Source: Pseudomonadota bacterium
GTDB taxonomy: Bacteria > UBA10199 > 2-02-FULL-44-16 > JAAZCA01
Length of the DNA stretch: 13,677 nucleotides
NCBI GenBank assembly: GCA_043822785.1
Contig: JBDRBN010000098.1
Location: 1-13,677 of the forward strand
Reading direction: 5' to 3'
A program made the position numbers and the translations under genes. The notes under the pieces are model-generated. The model did not search any database. It was not told the DNA's origin and saw only the letters and a program-made list of their open reading frames with translations. Shown piece after piece: positions 1 to 8,065 of the stretch; the first letter of the stretch is position 1; each line of letters starts with the position of its first letter.

Positions 1-2
1 CA

Positions 3-887
3 GCTGCTGCTGTTGGCCAAAATTACCTGATGGATCTCTACACTAAGGCGTTCAGGAGATACGGGATCAAGGTTGGCCAAGTGCTCCTAACCCACGCAGA
101 CATATCAGACCGAGGCCGTTTCCTAAATGCCCGCGCAACGCTGCTTATGCTGCTTAAGCACAAGATTGTTCCGATAATAAATGAGAACGATACCGTCTCT
201 GTAGAAGAGATTAAGTTCGGCGACAACGACGCGCTGGCAGCCGCCACAACACATCTTGTCGAGGCGGAGTTGCTCGTAATGCTTACTGACACAGACGGTA
301 TCTTTGACAGGGATCCTAGAAAAGACAAAAATGCCAGTTTGATTAACACTCTCACAGATGTGGACAAGAAGCGGATCTCCTCAATGGCAAAGAGCAATGG
401 GCCGCTCGGCACAGGGGGCGCCTTCACAAAGCTCAAGTCAGCCCACAAAGCTGCGCGCTTTGGCGTGCCCACAGTGATCGCAAATGGTAGCATTCCAAAC
501 GTCTTGAGCCGGATCCTTTCCGGCGAAGAGGTGGGAACCCTGTGCATGCCTAGCGCTGAAAAGCTTAGCTGCCGCAAATCCTGGATCGCATATCATCTTA
601 ATCCGCTCGGCACATTGTCGGTTGATGATGGGGCAAGAAGTGCTGTGTTAGAGAAAGGAAAAAGCCTGCTGCCTTCAGGGATCGTAAATGTGGAAGGAAA
701 CTTTAGGGCCGGCGATCCTGTTCGCTTGATGGATCATCATCAAGAGGTCTTTGCGCACGGCCTTTGTGGATACAGCTCTGAGGATTTGAAAAAGATAATG
801 GGCGCAAAGAGCTCTGAGATCGCAGGTATCCTGGGTTACAAATCCCAGGATGAGGCCATTCACAGGGATAACCTGGTCATCATCTGA
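3..887 (+). CDS. proB: Glutamate 5-kinase with C-terminal PUA domain (5' end lies outside the window)
   Basis: The frame is open from base 3 (AAAVGQNYLM...). It has the ProB motifs PIINENDTV, FGDNDALAA, LTDTDG and GTGG, a PUA domain (VDDGA..A....GKSLLPSGI...IHRDNLV), and lies directly upstream of proA. Confidence 0.97.
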   Translation, partial: AAAVGQNYLMDLYTKAFRRYGIKVGQVLLTHADISDRGRFLNARATLLMLLKHKIVPIINENDTVSVEEIKFGDNDALAAATTHLVEAELLVMLTDTDGIFDRDPRKDKNASLINTLTDVDKKRISSMAKSNGPLGTGGAFTKLKSAHKAARFGVPTVIANGSIPNVLSRILSGEEVGTLCMPSAEKLSCRKSWIAYHLNPLGTLSVDDGARSAVLEKGKSLLPSGIVNVEGNFRAGDPVRLMDHHQEVFAHGLCGYSSEDLKKIMGAKSSEIAGILGYKSQDEAIHRDNLVII

Positions 888-900
888 ATGGAGATAAAAA

Positions 901-2151
901 ATGAAACAGGAATTATTTGCCATTGCCCAGTCTGCAAAAGAATCGAGCAAATCGCTTGCGCAGCTTAAAGCGAAGACAAAGAACCTCATCCTCTTGGGAA
1001 TAGCCAAAGCCTTGTGCGAAAAATCAGGGAGCATATTAGAGGCAAACAAGAAGGATCTTGATGAAGCCCGCGCGCAGGGGCTTTCTGAAGCTCTCATGGA
1101 TCGGCTTCGCCTTGATGAGGCCCGCATCAAGGAGATGGGCAAGGGACTTACGGCAGTGGCAGACCTCCCAGACCCTGTTGGAGAAATTAGCCAAGTATGC
1201 ACGAGGCCGAACGGACTCCTCGTTGGCCGCATGCGCATTCCGCTTGGTGTCATCGCTATAATCTACGAGTCGCGGCCTAATGTCACATCAGACGCGGCAG
1301 GACTCTGCCTTAAATCCGGAAACGCATGCATTCTGCGAGGCGGCAAGGAAGCGCACAATTCTAATCTGGCGATCGGCAATATATTCCGCGAAATACTTCA
1401 AAAAAACAGCGTCCCTGAAGACGCAGTATCGATCATCCCATATACGGAACACGAAGCCATAGGCGAACTTCTAAAGCTTAACGAATTCATCGATATCGTT
1501 ATCCCGCGCGGCGGCGAAGGGCTCATTCGCTATGTGGCCCAGCACTCCCGCATCCCTGTGATCAAACACTACAAAGGCGTATGCCATATCTATGTTTCGC
1601 AAAGCGCTGATCTTGAACTTGCAAAAAAGGTCTGCCTCAATGCAAAAGTGCAGCGACCAGGCGTGTGCAACGCAATGGAAACGCTGCTCGTGAACAGGAC
1701 AATAGCTGAAAAATTCCTGCCACGAATATCAGAAAGCATGGCTTCTTGCGGCGTTGAGATAAGGGGCTGCGATGAGGCGCGACGTTTTCTTCCAACGATT
1801 AAGGCTGCTACGGAAGAGGACTGGCATACGGAGTATCTTGACCTGATTTTATCTATACGCGTGGTCAATGGATTGTCAGAGGCTGCTGCACATATTGAGA
1901 AGTATGGATCATCGCACACCGAGTCTATCATCACGCGCGATTACGATGAGGCAAGGGAGTTTATTAGGCTCGTGCAGAGCTCGCTTGTTTTGGTCAATGC
2001 CTCAACGCGTTTTAACGATGGCGGCCAGCTTGGGCTTGGCGCTGAAATAGGAATAAGCACCACGCGCTTGCACGCATTCGGCCCCATGGGCCTGCGAGAA
2101 CTCACAATCGAAAAATACTTTGCGCTTGGAACAGGTCAGATCAGGGAGTAA
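901..2151 (+). CDS. proA: Gamma-glutamyl phosphate reductase (glutamate-5-semialdehyde dehydrogenase)
   Basis: Motifs IPLGVIAIIYESRPNVT, LKSGNACILRGGKEA, IPRGGEGLI, RPGVCNAMETLL, VNASTRFNDGGQLGLGAEIGIST and GPMGL. A GGAG RBS precedes the ATG. Confidence 0.98.
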   Translation: MKQELFAIAQSAKESSKSLAQLKAKTKNLILLGIAKALCEKSGSILEANKKDLDEARAQGLSEALMDRLRLDEARIKEMGKGLTAVADLPDPVGEISQVCTRPNGLLVGRMRIPLGVIAIIYESRPNVTSDAAGLCLKSGNACILRGGKEAHNSNLAIGNIFREILQKNSVPEDAVSIIPYTEHEAIGELLKLNEFIDIVIPRGGEGLIRYVAQHSRIPVIKHYKGVCHIYVSQSADLELAKKVCLNAKVQRPGVCNAMETLLVNRTIAEKFLPRISESMASCGVEIRGCDEARRFLPTIKAATEEDWHTEYLDLILSIRVVNGLSEAAAHIEKYGSSHTESIITRDYDEAREFIRLVQSSLVLVNASTRFNDGGQLGLGAEIGISTTRLHAFGPMGLRELTIEKYFALGTGQIRE

Positions 2152-2210
2152 ATGCAAAAAATCTTTCATACGGAGCCGATCTTAGCCTGTTTTAATTTGT
2201 GTAACCTGCA

Positions 2211-2241
2211 TTGATAATATGTTACATATATAACATATTAT
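2211..2241 (+). promoter_or_regulatory. AT-rich 28-bp palindrome (operator-like) overlapping a candidate sigma-70 promoter
   Basis: ATAATATGTTA-catata-TAACATATTAT at 2214-2241 has perfect 11-bp arms. It overlaps TTGATA(2211)-N17-CATATT(2234). Confidence 0.5.
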
Positions 2242-2333
2242 TTTTATGGGTTAAAAAATATAACCGTTGCCCCAAAATTATTAGATATGCATATGTCAGT
2301 ACGTGGTATATACATCAATCACCGGAGGAAATT

Positions 2334-3152
2334 ATGAAACAATTTAAAAAAATCATTCTCTTCATTTTGCCCCTTTTCCTTTGTGGCTGCCTTGAGGTCA
2401 AACAGGAGATCACCGTAAACAAAGACGGCGGCGGACAAATAATCGAAACAGTGATGATGTCTAAATCCGCGCTCAAGGAGCTGAACGATTTTTTTTCCAG
2501 TTTTCCTGCTGAAAAGGGGCAAAAAACGAAAAAGATAGATATATATGATAAGAAAAAGCTCGAAGCAGATGCGGCGCAATACGGCCCTGATGTCAAATAT
2601 GTCTCCAGCAAAATGATGAACACAAAAACGAAAGAGGGTTATGAGGTTGTTTACGCTTTTTCTGATATAAATAATTTGAGGATCAACCAGAACCCGGGCG
2701 ATAAAGGGCCCAAGACCTCCAAGGACGCAAAATCTGATACCAAGCAGGAAAATATCACATTTAAGTTTGAAAAAGGTGACCCATCCACGCTCATTGTGAG
2801 TTTCCCCGCCCCGACCAAGTCATCAAAGGAGAAAAAGCAAAAGGCTGACAAAAAAGACAAAGAGGCCGAACAAAAAGAACTAGATGAGTTGCGCGAAATT
2901 TTCAAGGACCTCTATATCGGCATTACCATTCAAACAGAAGGTGAAATAGTTGAGACAAACGCTACCTACCGTGATGGGAATAAAATCACGGTTCTAGAAA
3001 TGGATTTCGGCAAGCTTTTGGAGGATCAAAAGAACTTTGAATCTTTCGCAAAAAAGGAGCCTCAAACTGTTGAAGAGGCCAAGGAAATGCTTAAAAATTT
3101 AGCTGGATTCAAAGTCGAGCTGAATAATAAGATAGTCGCTAAATTCCGATGA
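2334..3152 (+). CDS. Lipoprotein of unknown function (N-terminus resembles LppM/DUF3153-like proteins)
   Basis: A GGAGGA RBS precedes ATG 2334, which is preferred over TTG 2211. The signal peptide MKQFKKIILFILPLFLCG-C carries a lipobox and is followed by CLEVKQEITVNKDGGG. The body is Lys/Glu-rich. Confidence 0.8.
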   Translation: MKQFKKIILFILPLFLCGCLEVKQEITVNKDGGGQIIETVMMSKSALKELNDFFSSFPAEKGQKTKKIDIYDKKKLEADAAQYGPDVKYVSSKMMNTKTKEGYEVVYAFSDINNLRINQNPGDKGPKTSKDAKSDTKQENITFKFEKGDPSTLIVSFPAPTKSSKEKKQKADKKDKEAEQKELDELREIFKDLYIGITIQTEGEIVETNATYRDGNKITVLEMDFGKLLEDQKNFESFAKKEPQTVEEAKEMLKNLAGFKVELNNKIVAKFR

Positions 3153-3337
3153 AGAAGTAAACCCCACATAAATGGACCCAATACCTTACTATTCGGCGAA
3201 GTGTGGTAGGTAGTTTGTCTCGCCTTGCTGGCATTTATTCAATATCCTTTTTCGCCTTTTCTATTGTATTCGCTGTAATGGCATACTAGAGATTCCAAAC
3301 AGTAATCTAATGTAACGGCAGCTTTGGGAGAATCATC

Positions 3338-4168
3338 ATGGGTGCACTCGTCAATGCTTTAAGAGCGACGATCTGGAGTGCATTTACAGTCATGACAACA
3401 GCTGCGCTCTGCAAATGCAGCAAGGATCCATGGATTGACGTTAAGTACGATGCTCTTAGCTTTGACGTAAGTGGTCCCTCTTTGAGTTATCCTTTTGGAT
3501 ATGTCACAAATCCTGAAGTCAAAGAAATGTGGACTAATTCCAAGATGATCGATAGCGGCCAAGCTGCTGTTAAGCGATGGTGGCGGGCTGAGCTCAAGCA
3601 GCCCCCGAACAACGCCGAGATTATGCTCCGGTGCAGAACTTATCGAAACGAACTTCTAAAACTCGTTGGCAATCCCAACATCACTGATGGAATAAAGATC
3701 ATTCAAACAAATAATATGGCTGAAATGGGGCGATCGCTTCTATTGCAAAGATATTCAGAAATTGGTGGCAACTTAGCTATTGTAGGAGTGCCTCGCCGTA
3801 TAGCTAAGGAGGCCAAACAAGCCGTGCTATCTAAACGAACGATCGACGATTATAACCCTTGGATAACCGGGGCTCTTATAATGTTGGCTTTTGGGCTTCG
3901 TCTATATAGCTCTCCAAAGAGAGCAGGTGAGCATGCTGAAGAACGTTTGAATACCAAACAAATTTGGGCTCGCGTAGCCGCTTATCTTTTGACTATAGGC
4001 GGCATTATAATAGCAGTGCGAAGCGCAGATGAAAAGGTGCATAAGCATACACTGCCCGGAACAGATACTTGTAACATGATACTCAATGACCAGGATGAGT
4101 TAAAAGCTATGCAAGAAAGAGCAGAGGAAGATTTCATAATCAGAGCTGGAAGAAAGTTAATTGAATAA
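3338..4168 (+). CDS. Hypothetical membrane protein (two C-terminal hydrophobic helices, possible N-terminal signal/lipobox)
   Basis: 276-codon ORF with a GGGAG RBS. Hydrophobic segments PWITGALIMLAFGLRLY and VAAYLLTIGGIIIAV. No family recognised. Confidence 0.7.
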   Translation: MGALVNALRATIWSAFTVMTTAALCKCSKDPWIDVKYDALSFDVSGPSLSYPFGYVTNPEVKEMWTNSKMIDSGQAAVKRWWRAELKQPPNNAEIMLRCRTYRNELLKLVGNPNITDGIKIIQTNNMAEMGRSLLLQRYSEIGGNLAIVGVPRRIAKEAKQAVLSKRTIDDYNPWITGALIMLAFGLRLYSSPKRAGEHAEERLNTKQIWARVAAYLLTIGGIIIAVRSADEKVHKHTLPGTDTCNMILNDQDELKAMQERAEEDFIIRAGRKLIE

Positions 4169-4192
4169 GTTGCTCATGCCCAGAGGAGAACG

Positions 4193-4532
4193 ATGAGAAT
4201 TTTAACTTGTACATTTGCACTTGCGTTCTGGTTGAGCCTTACTGCATCTGCCTGGGCCCTTATGCTGTCGCTCAGTCCCAAGGAGCTCAAAGAGCAGTCC
4301 AGCCATATCATAAGAGGTGAGATCACCGATGTAGTCTGCACAGGCGAGTTTGAGGAAAATCCCTGTGTAAGCCTTGCCGGATACCGTTCATTATCCAGGC
4401 GAGGAAGCGTTATATTATCTGATATGTAAAGGCGATAGCTGCCGGCTAACCCATTGGAATGGCATTGAATATAAGCGCTGTGGCGATATGCCACTTCCCA
4501 AGTGCGAACATAGCCCGGCTAAGTCTCAATAA
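4193..4532 (+). pseudogene. Disrupted gene for a secreted protein, probably of the same family as 11651..12277
   Basis: A strong AGGAG RBS and signal peptide (ASAWA) are followed by LSPKELKEQSSHIIRGEITDVVC. The +1 frame from about 4377 continues PDTVHYPGEEALYYLICKGDSCRLTHWNGI... to TAA at 4530-4532. Confidence 0.65.
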
Positions 4533-4551
4533 GCTTAAGTGATGATTTCGA

Positions 4552-4580
4552 TTAACAAACTTGATGTTTTCCATTATAGT
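4552..4580 (+). promoter_or_regulatory. Candidate sigma-70 promoter for 4622..4972
   Basis: TTAACA(4552-4557)-N17-TATAGT(4575-4580), about 40 nt before a GGGGG RBS and ATG. Confidence 0.55.
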
Positions 4581-4621
4581 CCGGCGCGTTGTTGAATATT
4601 GAATAACTATAAGGGGGTAAC

Positions 4622-4972
4622 ATGATATTTCAGATAAATATGGCTATTGCGTTGTCGCTTATTGCGCTGGTAGCAGGTATGTATTTGCTCATGAAGGTAT
4701 GGAAAGAACAAATGTGCTGTAAGGAAGAAATGTGCTGTAAGGTGTTTGCAAAGATAGTTGGCTATGTCGTGGTTATAGTCTCGATTCTCATCTTCCTTTG
4801 CTCTTCGTTTCACGGAGTTCTCTACATTACTGGTGTAGATATTGGTTGTGGCATGGGCGGCAAATGGTACAAAAAGGACATGATGCATAATAAAATGATG
4901 ATGCACAGCCCAAGGATAAAAATGATGCAGCCGCAAGAAGCAGAGCAAAAATCGCCACAACAGAGAAAATAA
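4622..4972 (+). CDS. Small two-TM membrane protein with a CC-containing loop and Met/His-rich C-terminal tail
   Basis: AAGGGGG RBS. Two hydrophobic helices flank KEQMCCKEEMCCK. The tail reads KKDMMHNKMMMHSPRIKMM. Confidence 0.75.
   Translation: MIFQINMAIALSLIALVAGMYLLMKVWKEQMCCKEEMCCKVFAKIVGYVVVIVSILIFLCSSFHGVLYITGVDIGCGMGGKWYKKDMMHNKMMMHSPRIKMMQPQEAEQKSPQQRK
4703..4742 (+). repeat. In-frame 18-bp tandem duplication (KEQMCC/KEEMCC)
   Basis: AAATGTGCTGTAAGG occurs at 4710-4724 and 4728-4742, a period of 18. Confidence 0.85.
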
Positions 4973-5028
4973 TAAGTTGTGGCGCCAACTCTTGGGGCTA
5001 TTGTCCGATGAAGGAGAAGATATCGCAT

Positions 5029-6090
5029 ATGAAAGAAAAAAATTGCTTTATCGAGGCAGAAGAAAAGACAGTGGAGTGGGAGAAACAGCTGTTTGTCGAA
5101 CGCCAAGAAACCGTAACAGTACTTCCTCCCAAAGCTGGCCTTCCCAGCGGGCTTGATAAATATTTAAACGACGGGATCTTGCATCAACCGCTGATACGCC
5201 GCAAGAGCTGCCTTACCAACGATTGGGCCCATATAAATATGGCTCGTGCAGAGCGTCCCATGGGCTCGATGAATCTTCAGATGAAGCAGAGTGAATGCGT
5301 ATTCTGTAAAGGCAACGAAGACAAAACTCCCAGATGTGTAACCACCGGTGGCGATTATATGCGCGTTGGCGAGTCATCCTGGACATTGCGCGTTTTTCCA
5401 AACCTCTATCCCTGGCTTATCAATCATTTAAATATTGTTCAAACATCTGATCATAAGATCAGTTTCAGTGAACTCGATGAAAAGGAGGAGTTTGAAGCTT
5501 GGTGTGTTGCAGCTAAGTTGGCTGGCGAAATCGAACAGCAGGGTAGCTTTCCCATGCTATTTAGAAACCACGGATGGGGGTCATCCATCGCCCACTTTCA
5601 CTGGCAGGTAGGCGCTCTTCCATATATACCCAACCATATTCAAGAGGAGATGACTGTTTCTAAAGCCTTTCGTGATAAGTGGGATATAAACATATTCGAT
5701 GCCCTTATAAAAGCAGAAAAAGCAAAAGGCTTAAGGTGGATAGGCGAAGATGAGCACACAGCAGTCATAGCTGCTTTTGCTCCGCGCACAGCTTTTGAGA
5801 CTTGGCTGATCTGCAAGGCCCCCATAACTTCCATTTCCCAGTGCAGCAGTGACCAGTTAAGCAGCTTATGCACCAATCTCAATACATTGCTTCAAAGATT
5901 GTACTCCCAACATAATATCGATACCATGAATATCATCTTTCACCAGCTTCCTGCTACAAAAGATCATTCCCATTATCGCTTGCACATAGAGATCATGCCT
6001 TTTAAGCACCTGGGCGGAGCAGAGCGCGGGTTTGGTGAATATGCCATCGAGGTCACGCCTGAAAGTGTAGCTGCCAGCTTGCGAGCATAA
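5029..6090 (+). CDS. GalT-like (HIT superfamily) nucleotidyltransferase, substrate uncertain
   Basis: Zn motif CVFCKGNEDKTP, then WTLRVFPNLYP, catalytic NHGWGSSIAHFHWQ (HxHxQ), FAPRTAFETW and YRLHIEIMP...GAERGFG...VTPE. The start is uncertain: ATG 5008, or ATG 5029 downstream of AAGGAG. Confidence 0.85.
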   Translation: MKEKNCFIEAEEKTVEWEKQLFVERQETVTVLPPKAGLPSGLDKYLNDGILHQPLIRRKSCLTNDWAHINMARAERPMGSMNLQMKQSECVFCKGNEDKTPRCVTTGGDYMRVGESSWTLRVFPNLYPWLINHLNIVQTSDHKISFSELDEKEEFEAWCVAAKLAGEIEQQGSFPMLFRNHGWGSSIAHFHWQVGALPYIPNHIQEEMTVSKAFRDKWDINIFDALIKAEKAKGLRWIGEDEHTAVIAAFAPRTAFETWLICKAPITSISQCSSDQLSSLCTNLNTLLQRLYSQHNIDTMNIIFHQLPATKDHSHYRLHIEIMPFKHLGGAERGFGEYAIEVTPESVAASLRA

Positions 6091-6095
6091 CAAAA

Positions 6096-6124
6096 TTGTA
6101 ATCGCTGTTTTTTTAGCCTATATT
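6096..6124 (+). promoter_or_regulatory. Candidate sigma-70 promoter giving a leaderless transcript of the TauE gene
   Basis: TTGTAA(6096-6101)-N17-TATATT(6119-6124), then 6 nt, then ATG 6131. No Shine-Dalgarno sequence (upstream reads CTCCTC). Confidence 0.5.
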
Positions 6125-6130
6125 CTCCTC

Positions 6131-6931
6131 ATGTCAGTCACCCTCTATGTTGCTTTAGCCTTATGCCTGACCGTTGTTGCCTTTGTGGTCTCGATTTTAG
6201 GTATCGGCGGCGGCGTGTTCTACACGCCTATCCAAATATTCTTTGGCATTGGTATCCATGAGGCTGCCGCTACCAGCCTCTTTCTCATTATTATACTCTC
6301 CATCTCCGCTACATCAGTTTATCGCCGCGCTGGAAAGGTAGATTGGCGCATGGCAATTATGCTGGAGTTATTCTCTGTGGCCGGAGGGCTTTCAGGTGGA
6401 TATCTATCAGATTTCATCCCTCAGAATTTACTCATGGCTTTGCTAACAGTCACCATCATCGTCGCAGGCATAAGCATGCTAAGGCAAAGGCTAAAACTTA
6501 TCCCTCATGCCCTGCAGCATAAGCACTGGTATCTCTGGCATAGAGAGGCATGTGGTGAACGATACAGTATTAATCTGATTTTTGCGTTGCCGCTATCATT
6601 TATAGCAGGTGCTATAGGTGCGATGGTCGGGATAGGTGGGGGTGTTATAAAAGTTCCTATGATGGTTCTTTTGTTTGGCGTGCCCATGGATATAGCTATC
6701 GCAACCAGCGGGTTTATGGTGGGCATTACAGCGGGTTCCGGCTTTGTAGGCCATTTATTCGCAGGGCACTGGAATTGGACCATGAGTTTGATATTGGCAC
6801 CTGGCGTATTTTTTGGTGCACAAATTGGCTCGCGCACAATGCTTCACATGGATAGGGAGCTACTCAAGAAGGCATTTGGCATCATCATGTTTCTTATCGC
6901 TGCAGGGCTTATTATCAAGGCGTGTTATTGA
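6131..6931 (+). CDS. Sulfite exporter TauE/SafE (TSUP) family membrane protein
   Basis: About 8 TM helices. The duplicated signature appears as LGIGGGVFYTP...AAATSL and VGIGGGVIKVP...AIATSG. Also YRRAGKVDWR and GAQIGSR. Confidence 0.92.
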   Translation: MSVTLYVALALCLTVVAFVVSILGIGGGVFYTPIQIFFGIGIHEAAATSLFLIIILSISATSVYRRAGKVDWRMAIMLELFSVAGGLSGGYLSDFIPQNLLMALLTVTIIVAGISMLRQRLKLIPHALQHKHWYLWHREACGERYSINLIFALPLSFIAGAIGAMVGIGGGVIKVPMMVLLFGVPMDIAIATSGFMVGITAGSGFVGHLFAGHWNWTMSLILAPGVFFGAQIGSRTMLHMDRELLKKAFGIIMFLIAAGLIIKACY

Positions 6932-6942
6932 TGGGGGCTAAT

Positions 6943-7617
6943 ATGAAAACGCGAACTGCATTTTGTTTTCTTGTAATCATCATGTTGATAGCACAACACA
7001 ACCATTCTTTTGCTGGCCTGGCATCGCAAATCTTGCTGCCAACGCCAAAGCTAAAGGGCACCGTATCTGTAGAAGAAACATTGTCAAAGAGACGATCAAT
7101 TCGGTATTACAGTGAAGCCGAGCTCACATTTGATGAAATCTCGCAGCTTCTTTGGGCAGGGCAGGGCATTACAGGTTCTACTGGCAAGCGCACAGCTCCG
7201 TCTGCTGGTGCCCTATATCCTTTAATCCTGTATTTAGTAGTTGGTAAGGTAAAGGGATTGCCTTCGGGTATCTATCGCTACAATCCTCATAAACACGCGC
7301 TCGTAAGGATCAAGGGTGGAGATTTTAGGATAAAGCTTTCGGCTGCAGCGTTGGGTCAGCGCTGGGTTGCCGATGCTCCAGCGTCGGTCGTATTTGCAGT
7401 AAATTACGAAAAAATGAGCTCCTATGCACAGAGGGGCAAGATGTATGCGAATATCGAGCAGGGCCATGCTGCGCAGAATATACTCCTTCAAGCTGTTGCA
7501 TTGGGTCTGGGTGCGATTCCAATAGGTGCTGTCAGGCAAGATGCTGCAGCAGAGATACTTGACCTGCCTGCAGCACTTTCTGCAGAGTACATTATTTGCA
7601 TGGGCAAAGCCGAGTGA
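6943..7617 (+). CDS. SagB/ThcOx-type nitroreductase-fold flavoprotein with N-terminal signal peptide
   Basis: Motifs KRRSIRYYS, SQLLWAGQGIT, KRTAPSAGALYP, GIYRYNP..HAL and EQGHAAQNILLQAVALGLG. The start is ATG 6943 (after GGGGG) or ATG 6931, which overlaps the upstream stop (TGATG). Confidence 0.9.
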   Translation: MKTRTAFCFLVIIMLIAQHNHSFAGLASQILLPTPKLKGTVSVEETLSKRRSIRYYSEAELTFDEISQLLWAGQGITGSTGKRTAPSAGALYPLILYLVVGKVKGLPSGIYRYNPHKHALVRIKGGDFRIKLSAAALGQRWVADAPASVVFAVNYEKMSSYAQRGKMYANIEQGHAAQNILLQAVALGLGAIPIGAVRQDAAAEILDLPAALSAEYIICMGKAE

Positions 7618-7672
7618 GCTTGCCAAGCAGCCCAATCGTTGATATCAATAATATTCTTTTTTTGGGGGAGAT

Positions 7673-8056
7673 GTGGCTGAAAACAAAAAAACAGTTCTTG
7701 TTATAGATGATGAGAAGGACTTTGTGCTCACTTTAAAAGAGCGGCTTGAGCACGATGGCTTTAATGTTTTTGAGGCTTATGACGGACTAGAGGGGCTTGA
7801 AGTATTAAGGCGCGAAAACATAAGTATCATACTTCTCGATATAATGATGCCAAGGATGGATGGTTTTACATTTCTCAAGACAATCGGAGAAGAGCATGAG
7901 GTCTTCCCAAATCCTCCTGTCATAGTTATCACCGCATATATGCGCCTGTTAGGCAAAGAGAAGCGCAAACTGATCGGTGATATCCCGCTGTTCAACAAGC
8001 CGTTTGATTATGATGAACTGCTTTCGAAAATTAAGGAATTGTTAAAACAGGATTAG
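7673..8056 (+). CDS. Single-domain response regulator (CheY-like receiver)
   Basis: VLVIDDE, phosphoacceptor LLDIMMPRMDG, VITA and NKPFD. GTG start after GGGGGAG. Confidence 0.93.
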   Translation: MAENKKTVLVIDDEKDFVLTLKERLEHDGFNVFEAYDGLEGLEVLRRENISIILLDIMMPRMDGFTFLKTIGEEHEVFPNPPVIVITAYMRLLGKEKRKLIGDIPLFNKPFDYDELLSKIKELLKQD

Positions 8057-8065
8057 CGCTGGGCG

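Noticed and set aside
38..2050. Antisense and alternate-frame ORFs over proB/proA (38..577, 675..1253, 1590..1934 and others)
   Set aside because: They are shadow ORFs of well-conserved genes and show no motifs.
2154..2270. Weak sigma-28-like matches: GCAAA..GCCGATCT (2154-2182) and minus-strand GCAAC-N14-ACCCATAA (2270-2244)
   Set aside because: The first has 16-nt spacing. The second breaks the CGA core and points antisense into proA.
2211..2333. 41-codon N-terminal extension of the lipoprotein from TTG 2211
   Set aside because: It runs through AT-rich regulatory DNA. The RBS and signal peptide point to ATG 2334.
4174..4494. Minus-strand 106-aa ORF
   Set aside because: The plus strand has the RBS, signal peptide and family-like motifs, so this is a shadow ORF.
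6943..7617. Thiazole/oxazole RiPP cluster suggested by the SagB-like gene
   Set aside because: No YcaO cyclodehydratase or precursor peptide is in the window.
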